The position numbers and the translations under genes were made by a program. From an uncultured Clostridia bacterium (GTDB taxonomy: Bacteria > Bacillota > Clostridia > TANB77 > CAG-508): a stretch of 61,374 bases of DNA. Below, piece after piece: positions 40,340 to 49,849 of the stretch (its first letter is position 1; each line of letters begins with the position of its first letter). Under the pieces are notes generated by a model. The model was not told the DNA's origin, did not search any database, and saw only the letters and a program-made list of their open reading frames with translations. Location of the stretch: assembly GCA_944391755.1 (NCBI GenBank), contig CALXUT010000039.1, forward strand, positions 1 to 61,374, written 5' to 3'.

Positions 40340-41740
40340 ATGGAATATTTTGATGTATTAAATGAAAACGGAGAATTTACAGGAAAAATAGAATCACGAG
40401 AAGAATGTCATAAAAAAGGACTATGGCATAGAGCGGTATATGGATTTATATTTAATAAAAATGGAGAAGTTTTACTACAAAAAAGAAGTAAAAATAAAAA
40501 ATTATGGCCTAATTTATGGGATGTAACAGTAGGAGGTCATGTTTTATCAGGAGAATTTGGAAAGCAAGCATTAATAAGAGAAACAAAAGAAGAACTTGGA
40601 ATTGTAATAAAAGAAAATGAAATCCAATATTTAGTTGGTTCTACATCTAGTAATATAAAAGGAAATATCATTAATAACCACTTTAATGAATGTTATATTA
40701 TTACAAAAGATATAGAAATATCACAAATACAATTACAAGAAGATGAAGTAGAAGAAGTAAGATGGTTTCCAAAACAAGAAATATTGGCTAGAATAAATGA
40801 TAATTTTAATGGTATAACAGAAAAAACAGGACCATGGAATTTTCTAAAAAAGTATTATGAAACATTAGATAAAATTATCATAGAAGTTGGCTCTACATGT
40901 ACAAAAATAGATAAGTATGATGGAAAAAATGTAGAAAGAATAAAAGAGATAACCATAGAATTTAAAAGACATTATGCAGAAGATAAAAAATTAAGAGAAA
41001 AAGATGTAGAAAAGCTTATATCAGAAATTAATAAGATAAAAGATATTTCAAAAAATATATATGTGTGTGGTACAAGTATTTTTAGAAATCTAGAAGAAAA
41101 AGAAAGAAAAGAATTTTTAGAAAAATTTAAAAAAGAAACAGAATTAGATTTTCATATTATTTCTCAAGAAAGAGAAAATGAATTAACCGTTTTCGGAGCA
41201 ACTAGATTTGTAAATAAAAAAGTATGTGTATTTATAGGAGGAGGCGGTTCTACAGAGATTTCTATTTATGATAAAAAAATAGTAGAAACAGCCAATACAA
41301 AAATCGGCGTTATTGATATCATGCAAGAATTCAAAGATTTAGGAGAAGATTTTGCAACAACAGATGTAGAAACAGTAAAAAAATACATAAAACAAAAACT
41401 AAATTTACCAAAACACAAAGCAGATATATTAATATTAGCCGGTGGAGGACATGAAAAATTTGCAAGACTTTCAGGAATAAAATATGAAAAAAACACATTA
41501 TATGAAGACAATGCTTCACCAATTATGATGGATATAGACACTAGAAAAAAAGAAACAGAAAGATATTATAAAGAAATATCATTAGATGAAATAAGAAATA
41601 AAGTAGATGATCCAGATTGGTGGTATGCAACAAGAGCAATGTGTGCATTTGTATTAGTAGTAGCAGAAGAAATTGGAGCAAAATATATTGTTCCAACAGA
41701 TATTGCAATGGTATATGGATTATTAAATAATAAAGAATAA
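40340..41740 (+). CDS. Fusion: IDI-like NUDIX domain plus Ppx/GppA-like (ASKHA) domain
   Basis: N-terminal WDVTVGGHVLSGE...RETKEELG; C-terminal IEVGSTCTK, GTSIFR, RENELTVFG and IGGGGSTEI. Confidence 0.7.
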   Translation: MEYFDVLNENGEFTGKIESREECHKKGLWHRAVYGFIFNKNGEVLLQKRSKNKKLWPNLWDVTVGGHVLSGEFGKQALIRETKEELGIVIKENEIQYLVGSTSSNIKGNIINNHFNECYIITKDIEISQIQLQEDEVEEVRWFPKQEILARINDNFNGITEKTGPWNFLKKYYETLDKIIIEVGSTCTKIDKYDGKNVERIKEITIEFKRHYAEDKKLREKDVEKLISEINKIKDISKNIYVCGTSIFRNLEEKERKEFLEKFKKETELDFHIISQERENELTVFGATRFVNKKVCVFIGGGGSTEISIYDKKIVETANTKIGVIDIMQEFKDLGEDFATTDVETVKKYIKQKLNLPKHKADILILAGGGHEKFARLSGIKYEKNTLYEDNASPIMMDIDTRKKETERYYKEISLDEIRNKVDDPDWWYATRAMCAFVLVVAEEIGAKYIVPTDIAMVYGLLNNKE

Positions 41741-41751
41741 GGAGATAAAAA

Positions 41752-42345
41752 ATGAAGATATTATTTGCAACAACAAATCCAGCAAAAGTAGAAAGATATG
41801 TGCCTAAATTACAAGAAAAAGGTGTAGAGGTTTTAACACTTAAAGATATAGATAAAAATATTCATGTAGAAGAAACAGGAAAAAATGCTTTAGAAAATGC
41901 ATATATAAAAGCGAAAGCCTATTATGATATTACAAAAATAACAACCATTGGTATGGATAATAATTTATTTATAGAAGAATTACCAGAGGAAAAACAACCA
42001 GGTACCCATGTAAGAAGAGTAAATGGTAGAACTTTAAATGATGATGAGATGATTGACTACTACACTGGTTTAGTAAAAGAATATGGTGGAAAGTTGACAG
42101 CCAAATGGGTATATGGAATGGTAATATATAACGGAAAAGAAACAAAAGAATATACTTGGAATAAAAACCATTTTTATTTTATAGATAAAGTTTGTGAAAA
42201 GAGAAATCCAGGTTATCCATTAGATTCCATATCCATAGCTCCAGAATATCATAATAAATATTTTGTGGAATTAACAGAACAAGAAAAAAACAGTAAAGAA
42301 AGTAATGTAGATAATGTGATTCAGTTTATAATGGAAAATATATAA
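41752..42345 (+). CDS. Second HAM1/ITPase-like NTP pyrophosphatase
   Basis: KILFATTNPAK, EETGKNALENAYIKA and DNNLFI...PGTHVRR. Confidence 0.8.
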   Translation: MKILFATTNPAKVERYVPKLQEKGVEVLTLKDIDKNIHVEETGKNALENAYIKAKAYYDITKITTIGMDNNLFIEELPEEKQPGTHVRRVNGRTLNDDEMIDYYTGLVKEYGGKLTAKWVYGMVIYNGKETKEYTWNKNHFYFIDKVCEKRNPGYPLDSISIAPEYHNKYFVELTEQEKNSKESNVDNVIQFIMENI

Positions 42346-42371
42346 GTAAAAAGAAGGTAAAGGAGAAACAT

Positions 42372-43259
42372 ATGCAAGAATTTATCCCACAATTTCTTAA
42401 AGAAATGCTTTTAGAACAATATGGAGAAGATTTAACAAGCCAAATAATAAATGGATATCATGAAAAAAGATTGGTTACATTACGAATCAATACAATAAAA
42501 GCAACAAAAGAGAAAATATGTGAAAAATTAAAAAAAGCAGGAATACATTTTAAAATAGTAACATGGTATAAAGATGCACTCATCATAGAAAATGCAAGAG
42601 AAGAAGAAATAAAAAAATTAGAAATGTATGATAATGGAGAAATCTATTTACAAAGTTTATCTTCTATGATTCCACCGATTATACTAGAACCAAAAGCAGG
42701 TGAAAATATATTAGATATGGCTGCAGCACCAGGAGGAAAGACAACTCAAATTGCAGCAATGACAAACAATAGAGCAATGATCACAGCTTGTGAAAAAAAT
42801 AAAATAAGAGCTGAAAGATTAAAATATAATTTGCAAAAACAAGGAGTAGGATGTACCAATATTATGATAGAAGATGCTAGAAAATTAAGTGATTTCTTTT
42901 CATTTGATAAAATATTATTAGATTCTCCTTGCAGTGGAAGCGGGACAGACAATGTAAAAAATAAAGATTTTTCAAAAGAATTAATTGAAAGGTCTACAAA
43001 AATACAAGAAGAACTTTTAAGAAAAGCATTAAAATTATTAAAAAAAGGCAATGAAATGATATATTCAACATGTTCTATACTTAAACAAGAAAATGAGAAC
43101 ATACTAAAAAAAGTAATTACTAAAAGTAATGCAGAAATCATTCCAATAGGAAACATAGACGGGATTCCATTATTGCCAGTAACTATAAAAGGAACAATTT
43201 GTGTATGTCCTACGAATGAATATGAGGGATTTTTTGTGGCTAAAATTAGAAAATTGTAA
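42372..43259 (+). CDS. RsmB/NOP (RsmF-like) RNA m5C methyltransferase
   Basis: QSLSSM, LDMAAAPGGKT, ILLDSPCSG, YSTCS and EGFFVA. Confidence 0.92.
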   Translation: MQEFIPQFLKEMLLEQYGEDLTSQIINGYHEKRLVTLRINTIKATKEKICEKLKKAGIHFKIVTWYKDALIIENAREEEIKKLEMYDNGEIYLQSLSSMIPPIILEPKAGENILDMAAAPGGKTTQIAAMTNNRAMITACEKNKIRAERLKYNLQKQGVGCTNIMIEDARKLSDFFSFDKILLDSPCSGSGTDNVKNKDFSKELIERSTKIQEELLRKALKLLKKGNEMIYSTCSILKQENENILKKVITKSNAEIIPIGNIDGIPLLPVTIKGTICVCPTNEYEGFFVAKIRKL

Positions 43260-43277
43260 TGATAGGAGGAATAATAG

Positions 43278-44054
43278 ATGGGAATAGCATATGGCTTATT
43301 AATTCCTTTTTTAGGAACTGCACTTGGCTCTGCAATGGTAATCTTTTTAAAAAACGACATAAAAGAAACAATAAAAAAGTTATTATTAGGATTTGCAGCA
43401 GGTGTAATGATAGCAGCATCCATTTGGTCACTAATGTTACCAGCGATAGAGATGTTAGAAGAGCAAGGAAAAATAGAATGGTTAATACCTGCAATTGGTT
43501 TTTTATCAGGAATATTATTTTTGCTTATTTTAGATAGTATCATACCACACTTGCATTTAGATAAAGAAAAGCCAGAAGGTATTAAATCAAAATTACAAAA
43601 GACCACAATGCTTGTTTTAGCTGTAACTTTACACAATATTCCAGAAGGAATGACAATGGGTGTAGTATTGGCAGGAGCTTTTATGGAAAATACAGGAATT
43701 ACCATAGCAGGAGCTTTCGCTTTAGCAATAGGTATAGCTATACAAAACTTTCCAGAAGGAGCAATTATATCTATGCCTTTAAAAACGGAAGGAGTATCAA
43801 AAGGAAAAGCATTTTTATATGGTACATTATCAGGCATTGTTGAACCAATTGCAGCCATTATAACAATATGTTTGACAAATCTTATAGTACCTATATTACC
43901 ATTTTTATTATCATTTGCAGCAGGTGCAATGATGTATGTTGTAGTAGAAGAATTAATACCAGAATCACAAATGGGAGAACATTCTAATATTGGTACAATT
44001 GGAGTTGCTGTAGGTTTTGTGATTATGATGATATTAGATATTGCTTTAGGATAA
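43278..44054 (+). CDS. ZIP family metal transporter (ZupT-like)
   Basis: LHNIPEG, IQNFPEG and VVEELIPE. Confidence 0.93.
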   Translation: MGIAYGLLIPFLGTALGSAMVIFLKNDIKETIKKLLLGFAAGVMIAASIWSLMLPAIEMLEEQGKIEWLIPAIGFLSGILFLLILDSIIPHLHLDKEKPEGIKSKLQKTTMLVLAVTLHNIPEGMTMGVVLAGAFMENTGITIAGAFALAIGIAIQNFPEGAIISMPLKTEGVSKGKAFLYGTLSGIVEPIAAIITICLTNLIVPILPFLLSFAAGAMMYVVVEELIPESQMGEHSNIGTIGVAVGFVIMMILDIALG

Positions 44055-44107
44055 AATATAAAAACATTTACAAATAAAAAAAGTTTGTAAATGTTTTATT
44101 TTTTATA

Positions 44108-44136
44108 TTGACACATACCCTATAGGGGTATATAAT
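44108..44136 (+). promoter_or_regulatory. sigmaA promoter with CsoR operator in the spacer
   Basis: TTGACA-17 nt-TATAAT enclosing ATACCCTATAGGGGTAT (C-tract/G-tract CsoR site). Confidence 0.85.
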
Positions 44137-44154
44137 AACGATGAGGTGATAAAG

Positions 44155-44469
44155 ATGAGTGATAATGAAAATATATCATGTTGCAATAATAAACAAAGAA
44201 AAACATATAGAACAGATGAAAAAAAGAAAGAGTTATCAAAAAGATTAAACATTATAGAAGGACAAATTAGAGGAATCAATCAAATGATAACTGAAGATAG
44301 ATATTGTGATGATGTATTAATACAAATAGCAGCAGTCAATAGTGCATTAAAAAGTTTGGGAAATAACATCTTAGAAGACCACCTAAAAGGATGTGTTGTT
44401 CGTGACATACAAAATGGAGATTTAGACATAATAGAAGAAGTCATGAAATTAATAAAAAAATTACAGTAA
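44155..44469 (+). CDS. csoR: CsoR family copper-sensing repressor
   Basis: RLNIIEGQIRGI, YCDDVLIQ and HLKGC. Confidence 0.9.
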   Translation: MSDNENISCCNNKQRKTYRTDEKKKELSKRLNIIEGQIRGINQMITEDRYCDDVLIQIAAVNSALKSLGNNILEDHLKGCVVRDIQNGDLDIIEEVMKLIKKLQ

Positions 44470-44482
44470 AAGGAGGGAGAAA

Positions 44483-46993
44483 ATGCAAAAAGTTAAATTT
44501 GATATTCAAGGAATGACATGTAGCAGTTGTTCAGCACATGTAGATAGAGCAGTAAATAAGCTTGAAGGAGTAAAAACTGTTAATGTAAACTTATTATCCA
44601 ATAATATGATGGTAGAATTTGATGAAAAAATGACCAATATAGATAAGATTATAAAAGCTGTTGTAGATGCAGGTTATGGTGCAACTGTTTCTGATGAAAG
44701 AAAAAAAGAAACATCCAAAAAAGAAAAGAAATTAAATAATGAAGATGTTATAAAATCAATGAAAAAACGATTAATAATATCTATCTGTTTTTTAGTACCA
44801 CTTATGTATATAGCCATGTATCATATGCTAAATGAATGGTTTGGAATACCAATACCATCCATTGTAAACTCATTATTTCATGGAACAGAAAATGCAATCA
44901 CATTTGGATTTACTCAATTTTTGTTATTATTACCAATTGTATATGTAAATAGAAATTATTTTATTGTTGGATTTAAACGACTATTGAAAGGAAGTCCTAA
45001 TATGGATTCTTTAATAGCAATCGGTAGTTCAGCAGCAATTGTATATGGTATATTTGCTATTTATATGATAGGATATGGCTTAGGGCATAATCAAATAGAA
45101 CTTGTACAAAGATATTCTATGGATATCTATTTTGAATCAGCAGGAACCATATTAACATTAATAACGGTTGGAAAATATTTAGAAACAAAATCAAAAGGAA
45201 AAACAAGTGATGCCATCAGTAAATTAATGAATTTAGCACCAAAAACAGCCGCTGTTATAAAAGAGGAAAAAGAGATAGAAATACCTATAGAAGAAATTAT
45301 GATAGGAGATATCATAATTATAAAACCAGGAGGAGGTATACCAGTAGATGGAGTTATTATAGAAGGAAATTCGTCTATTGACCAATCAAGTATTACAGGA
45401 GAAAGTATACCAGTTGAAAAAACAATAGGAGATAAAGTTGTTTCCGGAACAATAAATAAAAATGGACATCTAAAAATAAAAGCAACAAAAGTAGGAAATG
45501 ATACAACATTATCACAAATCATAAAATTAGTAGAAGAAGCTAGTAACTCAAAAGCACCAATTTCAAAACTTGCAGACAAAGTAAGTGGAATATTTGTACC
45601 AGTTGTCATTACAATAGCGATATTAGCAACTATATTTTGGGTATTACAAGGGCAAAGTTTTGAATTTGCATTAAGCACAGGAATAGCTGTTTTAGTAATA
45701 TCATGTCCGTGTGCATTAGGATTAGCAACACCAGTAGCAATCATGGTTGGTACTGGTAAAGGTGCTCAAAATGGTATTTTAATTAAATCAGCAGAAAGTT
45801 TAGAAGTATTACATACGGTAAATACAGTAGTGCTAGATAAAACAGGTACTGTAACAGTAGGAAAACCAAAAGTTACAGATATTATTTCTGTTATTGATCA
45901 AAATGAATTATTAAAAATAGCAGGAACACTTGAAAAGAATTCTGAACATCCTTTAGCAGAAGCCATTATGCAAAAAATAGAAGAAGAAAAAATTTTAATT
46001 ACAAATGTGGATAATTTTGAGGCTATATCAGGTAGAGGAGTTAAAGGAAAGATTGATGGAGAATATTACTTTGGTGGTAATATAGCTTTTATGCAAGAAA
46101 ATCATATTGATATTGAGCAAATGCAAAAAGAAAGTCAAAAATTATTAAATAGTGGAAAAACAGTATTGTACTTTGCAAATAAAAATCATATCATTGGAAT
46201 AATAGCAGTTGCTGATACCATTAAAGAAACAAGTTATCAAGCAATTAAAGAATTGAAAAAAGAAAATATAGAAGTTGTAATGCTTACAGGAGATAATAAA
46301 ACAGTTGCTGAAAATATAGGAAAAGAACTACACATAGATAAAGTTATTGCAGAAGTACTACCACAAGACAAAGAAAAAGAAGTTGCAAAATTACAGGCAG
46401 AAGGAAAAAAGGTTGTATTTGTAGGTGATGGAATAAATGATAGCCCTGCACTAGTTAGAGCAGATGTAGGTTTAGCAATTGGTTCTGGAACAGATATTGC
46501 AATAGAGTCAGCAGATGTTGTTTTAATAAAAAATAGTTTATTAGATGTAGTAACAGCTATTGATTTAAGTAAAGCTGTTATCAGAAATATAAAAATGAAT
46601 TTGTTTTGGGCATTTTTCTATAATATAATAGGAATTCCAATAGCAGCAGGCGTATTTTATCTATCTTGGGGACTAAAATTAAACCCAATGATAGGAGCTG
46701 CAGCTATGAGTTTAAGTTCTGTATGTGTAGTTACAAATGCTTTAAGACTTAAGAATTTTAAAACAAGTTATAAGGAGGAAAATCGTATGATGACAAAAAC
46801 AATTAAAATTGAGGGGATGCAATGTAATCATTGTAAAATGAGTGTTGAAAAAGCACTAAATTCAATTGAAGGAGTAACAAAAGTAGATGTTAGTTTAGAA
46901 AATAAAACAGCTACTATAGAATCACAAAAAGAAATAGAGAATGATAAAATAAAAGAAGTTATAGAAGAAGCTGGATTTGAGGTAAAAGATTAA
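44483..46993 (+). CDS. copA: Cu(I)-translocating P1B ATPase with N- and C-terminal HMA domains
   Basis: GMTCSSC, TGES, CPC, DKTGT, HP, GDGIND, YN/MSLSS and C-terminal GMQCNHC. Confidence 0.96.
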   Translation: MQKVKFDIQGMTCSSCSAHVDRAVNKLEGVKTVNVNLLSNNMMVEFDEKMTNIDKIIKAVVDAGYGATVSDERKKETSKKEKKLNNEDVIKSMKKRLIISICFLVPLMYIAMYHMLNEWFGIPIPSIVNSLFHGTENAITFGFTQFLLLLPIVYVNRNYFIVGFKRLLKGSPNMDSLIAIGSSAAIVYGIFAIYMIGYGLGHNQIELVQRYSMDIYFESAGTILTLITVGKYLETKSKGKTSDAISKLMNLAPKTAAVIKEEKEIEIPIEEIMIGDIIIIKPGGGIPVDGVIIEGNSSIDQSSITGESIPVEKTIGDKVVSGTINKNGHLKIKATKVGNDTTLSQIIKLVEEASNSKAPISKLADKVSGIFVPVVITIAILATIFWVLQGQSFEFALSTGIAVLVISCPCALGLATPVAIMVGTGKGAQNGILIKSAESLEVLHTVNTVVLDKTGTVTVGKPKVTDIISVIDQNELLKIAGTLEKNSEHPLAEAIMQKIEEEKILITNVDNFEAISGRGVKGKIDGEYYFGGNIAFMQENHIDIEQMQKESQKLLNSGKTVLYFANKNHIIGIIAVADTIKETSYQAIKELKKENIEVVMLTGDNKTVAENIGKELHIDKVIAEVLPQDKEKEVAKLQAEGKKVVFVGDGINDSPALVRADVGLAIGSGTDIAIESADVVLIKNSLLDVVTAIDLSKAVIRNIKMNLFWAFFYNIIGIPIAAGVFYLSWGLKLNPMIGAAAMSLSSVCVVTNALRLKNFKTSYKEENRMMTKTIKIEGMQCNHCKMSVEKALNSIEGVTKVDVSLENKTATIESQKEIENDKIKEVIEEAGFEVKD

Positions 46994-47075
46994 AACAGAA
47001 ATTAGTCTATTGGGACTTTTTACTAAATAAGAATACACTTACTTAATATAAGCAAGTGTATTCTTATTTAAAAAA

Positions 47076-47402
47076 TCATAGTGAATCAATATCCATTTTT
47101 GATAGTCCTGTTAATTCCATTATTTCATTTATAGGCATATTTTTTAATTTCATTTTTTTAGCTATTTCTATTTTTTCTTCAGCCTTTCCTTCAGCGAGTC
47201 CATCAGCTTTTCCTTTAGCCCTTCCCTCAGCTAATCCTTGAGCTATACCTTCGGCTCTTCCATCTATTAATGCTTGTTTTTTCATATTATACATATCTTT
47301 TAAAAATCCAGCTCGAGCATCTACTAAGCGTTGAAAATCTGGATCACCGCTTAAATAAGATAATTCTTTTTTGGCTTGTCGTAAAAATCTATTTTCTCTC
47401 AT
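47076..47402 (-). CDS. Candidate internal small protein (RpnS-like, 108 aa), in frame with the Rpn C-terminus
   Basis: Internal AAGGAGGT at 47420-47413, 10 nt before the in-frame ATG at 47402. Confidence 0.55.
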   Translation of the reverse strand: MRENRFLRQAKKELSYLSGDPDFQRLVDARAGFLKDMYNMKKQALIDGRAEGIAQGLAEGRAKGKADGLAEGKAEEKIEIAKKMKLKNMPINEIMELTGLSKMDIDSL

Positions 47403-47978
47403 AAGTTTTTCTACCTCCTTATTTTCTGGATTTTCAATAAATTTTAACCATTGAGCTAATTCGTCATTTTTTAAAATTTCATAATTTTCAATTTTAGGTA
47501 TTTCCAGTATATGCATTTCTATATTATCTGTAAGGATAGTACTTGAATAAAATTTCTCTCTTAAATTCCAAATGGTGTGATAATTAGGGATATATTTTAA
47601 TTGTTCTAGTTTAAAATTTGCAATTAATATTGAAATTGATGGCTTTAAGACAGAATAATCATCGCCAGAATGAATTTTCATATCATACATTCCACTCCAA
47701 TATTCTAACATTCTTTCTGCCATATATGCATATGGTGCAACTTGAAGTTCAATATTACAATCTTCACCATTATTAAATTTTACTCTAACATCTAATCTAC
47801 AAGTTTTGGAATCTTGATTGTCTTTAAGCATTCGCTTGTTTGCATCTAAATTTACATCAGATATTTCTCGATTAAGAATTAAAGATAGAAGATGTCTTGT
47901 TATAAGACTATTTTTCTGAGTTCCAAAAATTTTTTGAAATACTAAATCATTTTTTAGTTCTAATAATTGAATGGACAA
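47076..47978 (-). CDS. Rpn family recombination-promoting nuclease / PD-(D/E)XK putative transposase
   Basis: KNDLVFQKIFG, LDVRV..NIELQ, HILEIPK and C-terminal (A/L)EG repeats. TTG start at 47978 behind GGAGG. Confidence 0.9.
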   Translation of the reverse strand: MSIQLLELKNDLVFQKIFGTQKNSLITRHLLSLILNREISDVNLDANKRMLKDNQDSKTCRLDVRVKFNNGEDCNIELQVAPYAYMAERMLEYWSGMYDMKIHSGDDYSVLKPSISILIANFKLEQLKYIPNYHTIWNLREKFYSSTILTDNIEMHILEIPKIENYEILKNDELAQWLKFIENPENKEVEKLMRENRFLRQAKKELSYLSGDPDFQRLVDARAGFLKDMYNMKKQALIDGRAEGIAQGLAEGRAKGKADGLAEGKAEEKIEIAKKMKLKNMPINEIMELTGLSKMDIDSL

Positions 47979-48200
47979 TTTTTCACCTCCTATTATACAA
48001 ATTTTTTCTTTGTTTTGCAATATTTTATTGGATTTGAATTCATAAATTTGTACAATTAGAAAAATGAAATTATTTAGAAGATAAAAATAAATTTTTTCGA
48101 ACTGAATATCTAAATGATGAACAAAACTTTTATGAAATAAATGCAATACTTATTGCAAAAATATTATACAACAATTTTAAACAAATTGCAAGAAAAATAT

Positions 48201-48207
48201 TTCGACA
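48201..48207. promoter_or_regulatory. Spo0A box upstream of rpn / the ABC-F gene
   Basis: TTCGACA followed by a degenerate TTCGCAG 10 nt later. Confidence 0.4.
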
Positions 48208-48310
48208 AAATTCGCAGGTATTGTAGTAGAAATGAATAATTGACAAATCTATAGTTTTATAATAATATTATCATGCATAAACGAAAAACAAGAAATAGGA
48301 GAGAATAAAC

Positions 48311-49792
48311 ATGTCAATGATACAAGTTAGTAATTTAACATTTGGATATGACGGAAGTTTGATAAATATTTTTGAAAATGTATCATTTCAATTAGATACA
48401 GATTGGAAGTTAGGATTAATCGGTAGAAACGGAAAAGGAAAAACAACTTTTTTTAAATTATTACTTGGAAAATATAAATATCAAGGTACAATATCCAAAA
48501 ATGTTGAATTTGATTATTTTCCATTTGAAGTAAAAAATAAAAAGAAAATGGCAATAGAAATTGTACAAGAAATTGCTCCAAATGTAGAAGATTGGGAAAT
48601 TATTAAAGAATTAAATTTATTAAATTCAGAGGCGGATATTCTTTATAGAGATTTTGAGTTGTTAAGTGGAGGAGAACAGGTCAAAATACTTTTAATTAGT
48701 TTATTTTTAAAGGAAAATAATTTTTTACTGATAGATGAGCCGACAAACCATTTGGATATGGAAACAAGAGAAAACTTGATAACATATTTGTATAAAAAGA
48801 AAGGATTTATTATTGTTTCTCATGATAGAATCTTTTTAGACAGAATCGTAGATCATATTATTGCTATTAATAACACAAATATAGAAATACAAAAAGGAAA
48901 TTTCAGCTCATGGCAAGAAAACAAAAATAGAAAAGATAATTTTGAACTTGTACAAAATGAAAAACTAAAAAAAGATATCCATCGATTAGAAATTGCTGCC
49001 CAAAATACTTCAAATTGGTCTGATAAGATAGAAAAAACGAAAAATAATACAACAAATTCAGGTTCAAAAGTGGATAAAGGATATATTGGACATCAATCTG
49101 CTAAAATGATGAAAAGATCAAAAGTAATGGAAAAAAGAATAGAAAAAAGTATAGAAGAAAAAAGTAACTTATTAAATAATATTGATAGAAATGATAGTTT
49201 AACAATAAAACCATTAGAAAATAAGAAGAATCCATTAATATGGATAGATAATTTACAAATAAAATATGATAATAAAACTATATTTACACCAATCTCTTTT
49301 GAAGTAAATAATGGTGAAAGAGTTGCCATTATAGGAAGAAATGGGATTGGAAAATCCAGTATCTTAAAATTACTATTAGGAGAAAATATAACATTTCAGG
49401 GAAATATAAAAATTGCAAACAATTTAAAAATATCTTATGTATCACAAAATACAGATGATTTAAAAGGTACTTTAAAACAATTTGCTAGAGATAGTGAAAT
49501 TGATGAAGGAATCTTTAAAGCCATGTTATCAAAAATGGGAGTTTCAAGCATAGAATTTGAAAGAGATATGAGTGAATTTAGTGAAGGGCAGAAGAAAAAA
49601 GTATTAATAGCCAAAAGTATTACAGAATCTGCAAATATATACATTTGGGACGAACCACTAAATTATATAGACATTTTAACGAGAATACAAATAGAAGAAG
49701 CGATTATGAAGTATAAACCAACATTAATATTTGTTGAACATGATGAAACATTTGTAAAAGATATTTCAACAAAAATCGTTAAAATAAGTTAA
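48311..49792 (+). CDS. ABC-F ribosomal protection protein, Lsa-like
   Basis: IFENVSFQLDTDWKLGLIGRNGKGKTT, two ATPase domains, inter-domain linker DKGYIGHQSAKMMKRSK, no TM segments; 493 aa. Confidence 0.8.
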   Translation: MSMIQVSNLTFGYDGSLINIFENVSFQLDTDWKLGLIGRNGKGKTTFFKLLLGKYKYQGTISKNVEFDYFPFEVKNKKKMAIEIVQEIAPNVEDWEIIKELNLLNSEADILYRDFELLSGGEQVKILLISLFLKENNFLLIDEPTNHLDMETRENLITYLYKKKGFIIVSHDRIFLDRIVDHIIAINNTNIEIQKGNFSSWQENKNRKDNFELVQNEKLKKDIHRLEIAAQNTSNWSDKIEKTKNNTTNSGSKVDKGYIGHQSAKMMKRSKVMEKRIEKSIEEKSNLLNNIDRNDSLTIKPLENKKNPLIWIDNLQIKYDNKTIFTPISFEVNNGERVAIIGRNGIGKSSILKLLLGENITFQGNIKIANNLKISYVSQNTDDLKGTLKQFARDSEIDEGIFKAMLSKMGVSSIEFERDMSEFSEGQKKKVLIAKSITESANIYIWDEPLNYIDILTRIQIEEAIMKYKPTLIFVEHDETFVKDISTKIVKIS

Positions 49793-49849
49793 ATAAAGAT
49801 GTACAAAAATAAAAAATAGTGATATAGTATCACGAGAGAGGAGGTAGGT

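Noticed and set aside
36105-42371. Integron-like cassette array
   Set aside because: The spacers share no attC-like or other repeated site, and there is no integrase in the window.
42746-43858. 370-aa minus-strand ORF
   Set aside because: Antisense shadow of the RsmF-like and ZIP genes, with no RBS or recognisable motifs.
44483-46993. C-terminal HMA domain on CopA as a novelty
   Set aside because: CopA with a fused CopZ-like tail behind CsoR is a common arrangement in Clostridia.
47076-47978. Rpn gene as an active IS element
   Set aside because: No terminal inverted repeats or target duplications; the family is not a proven transposase.
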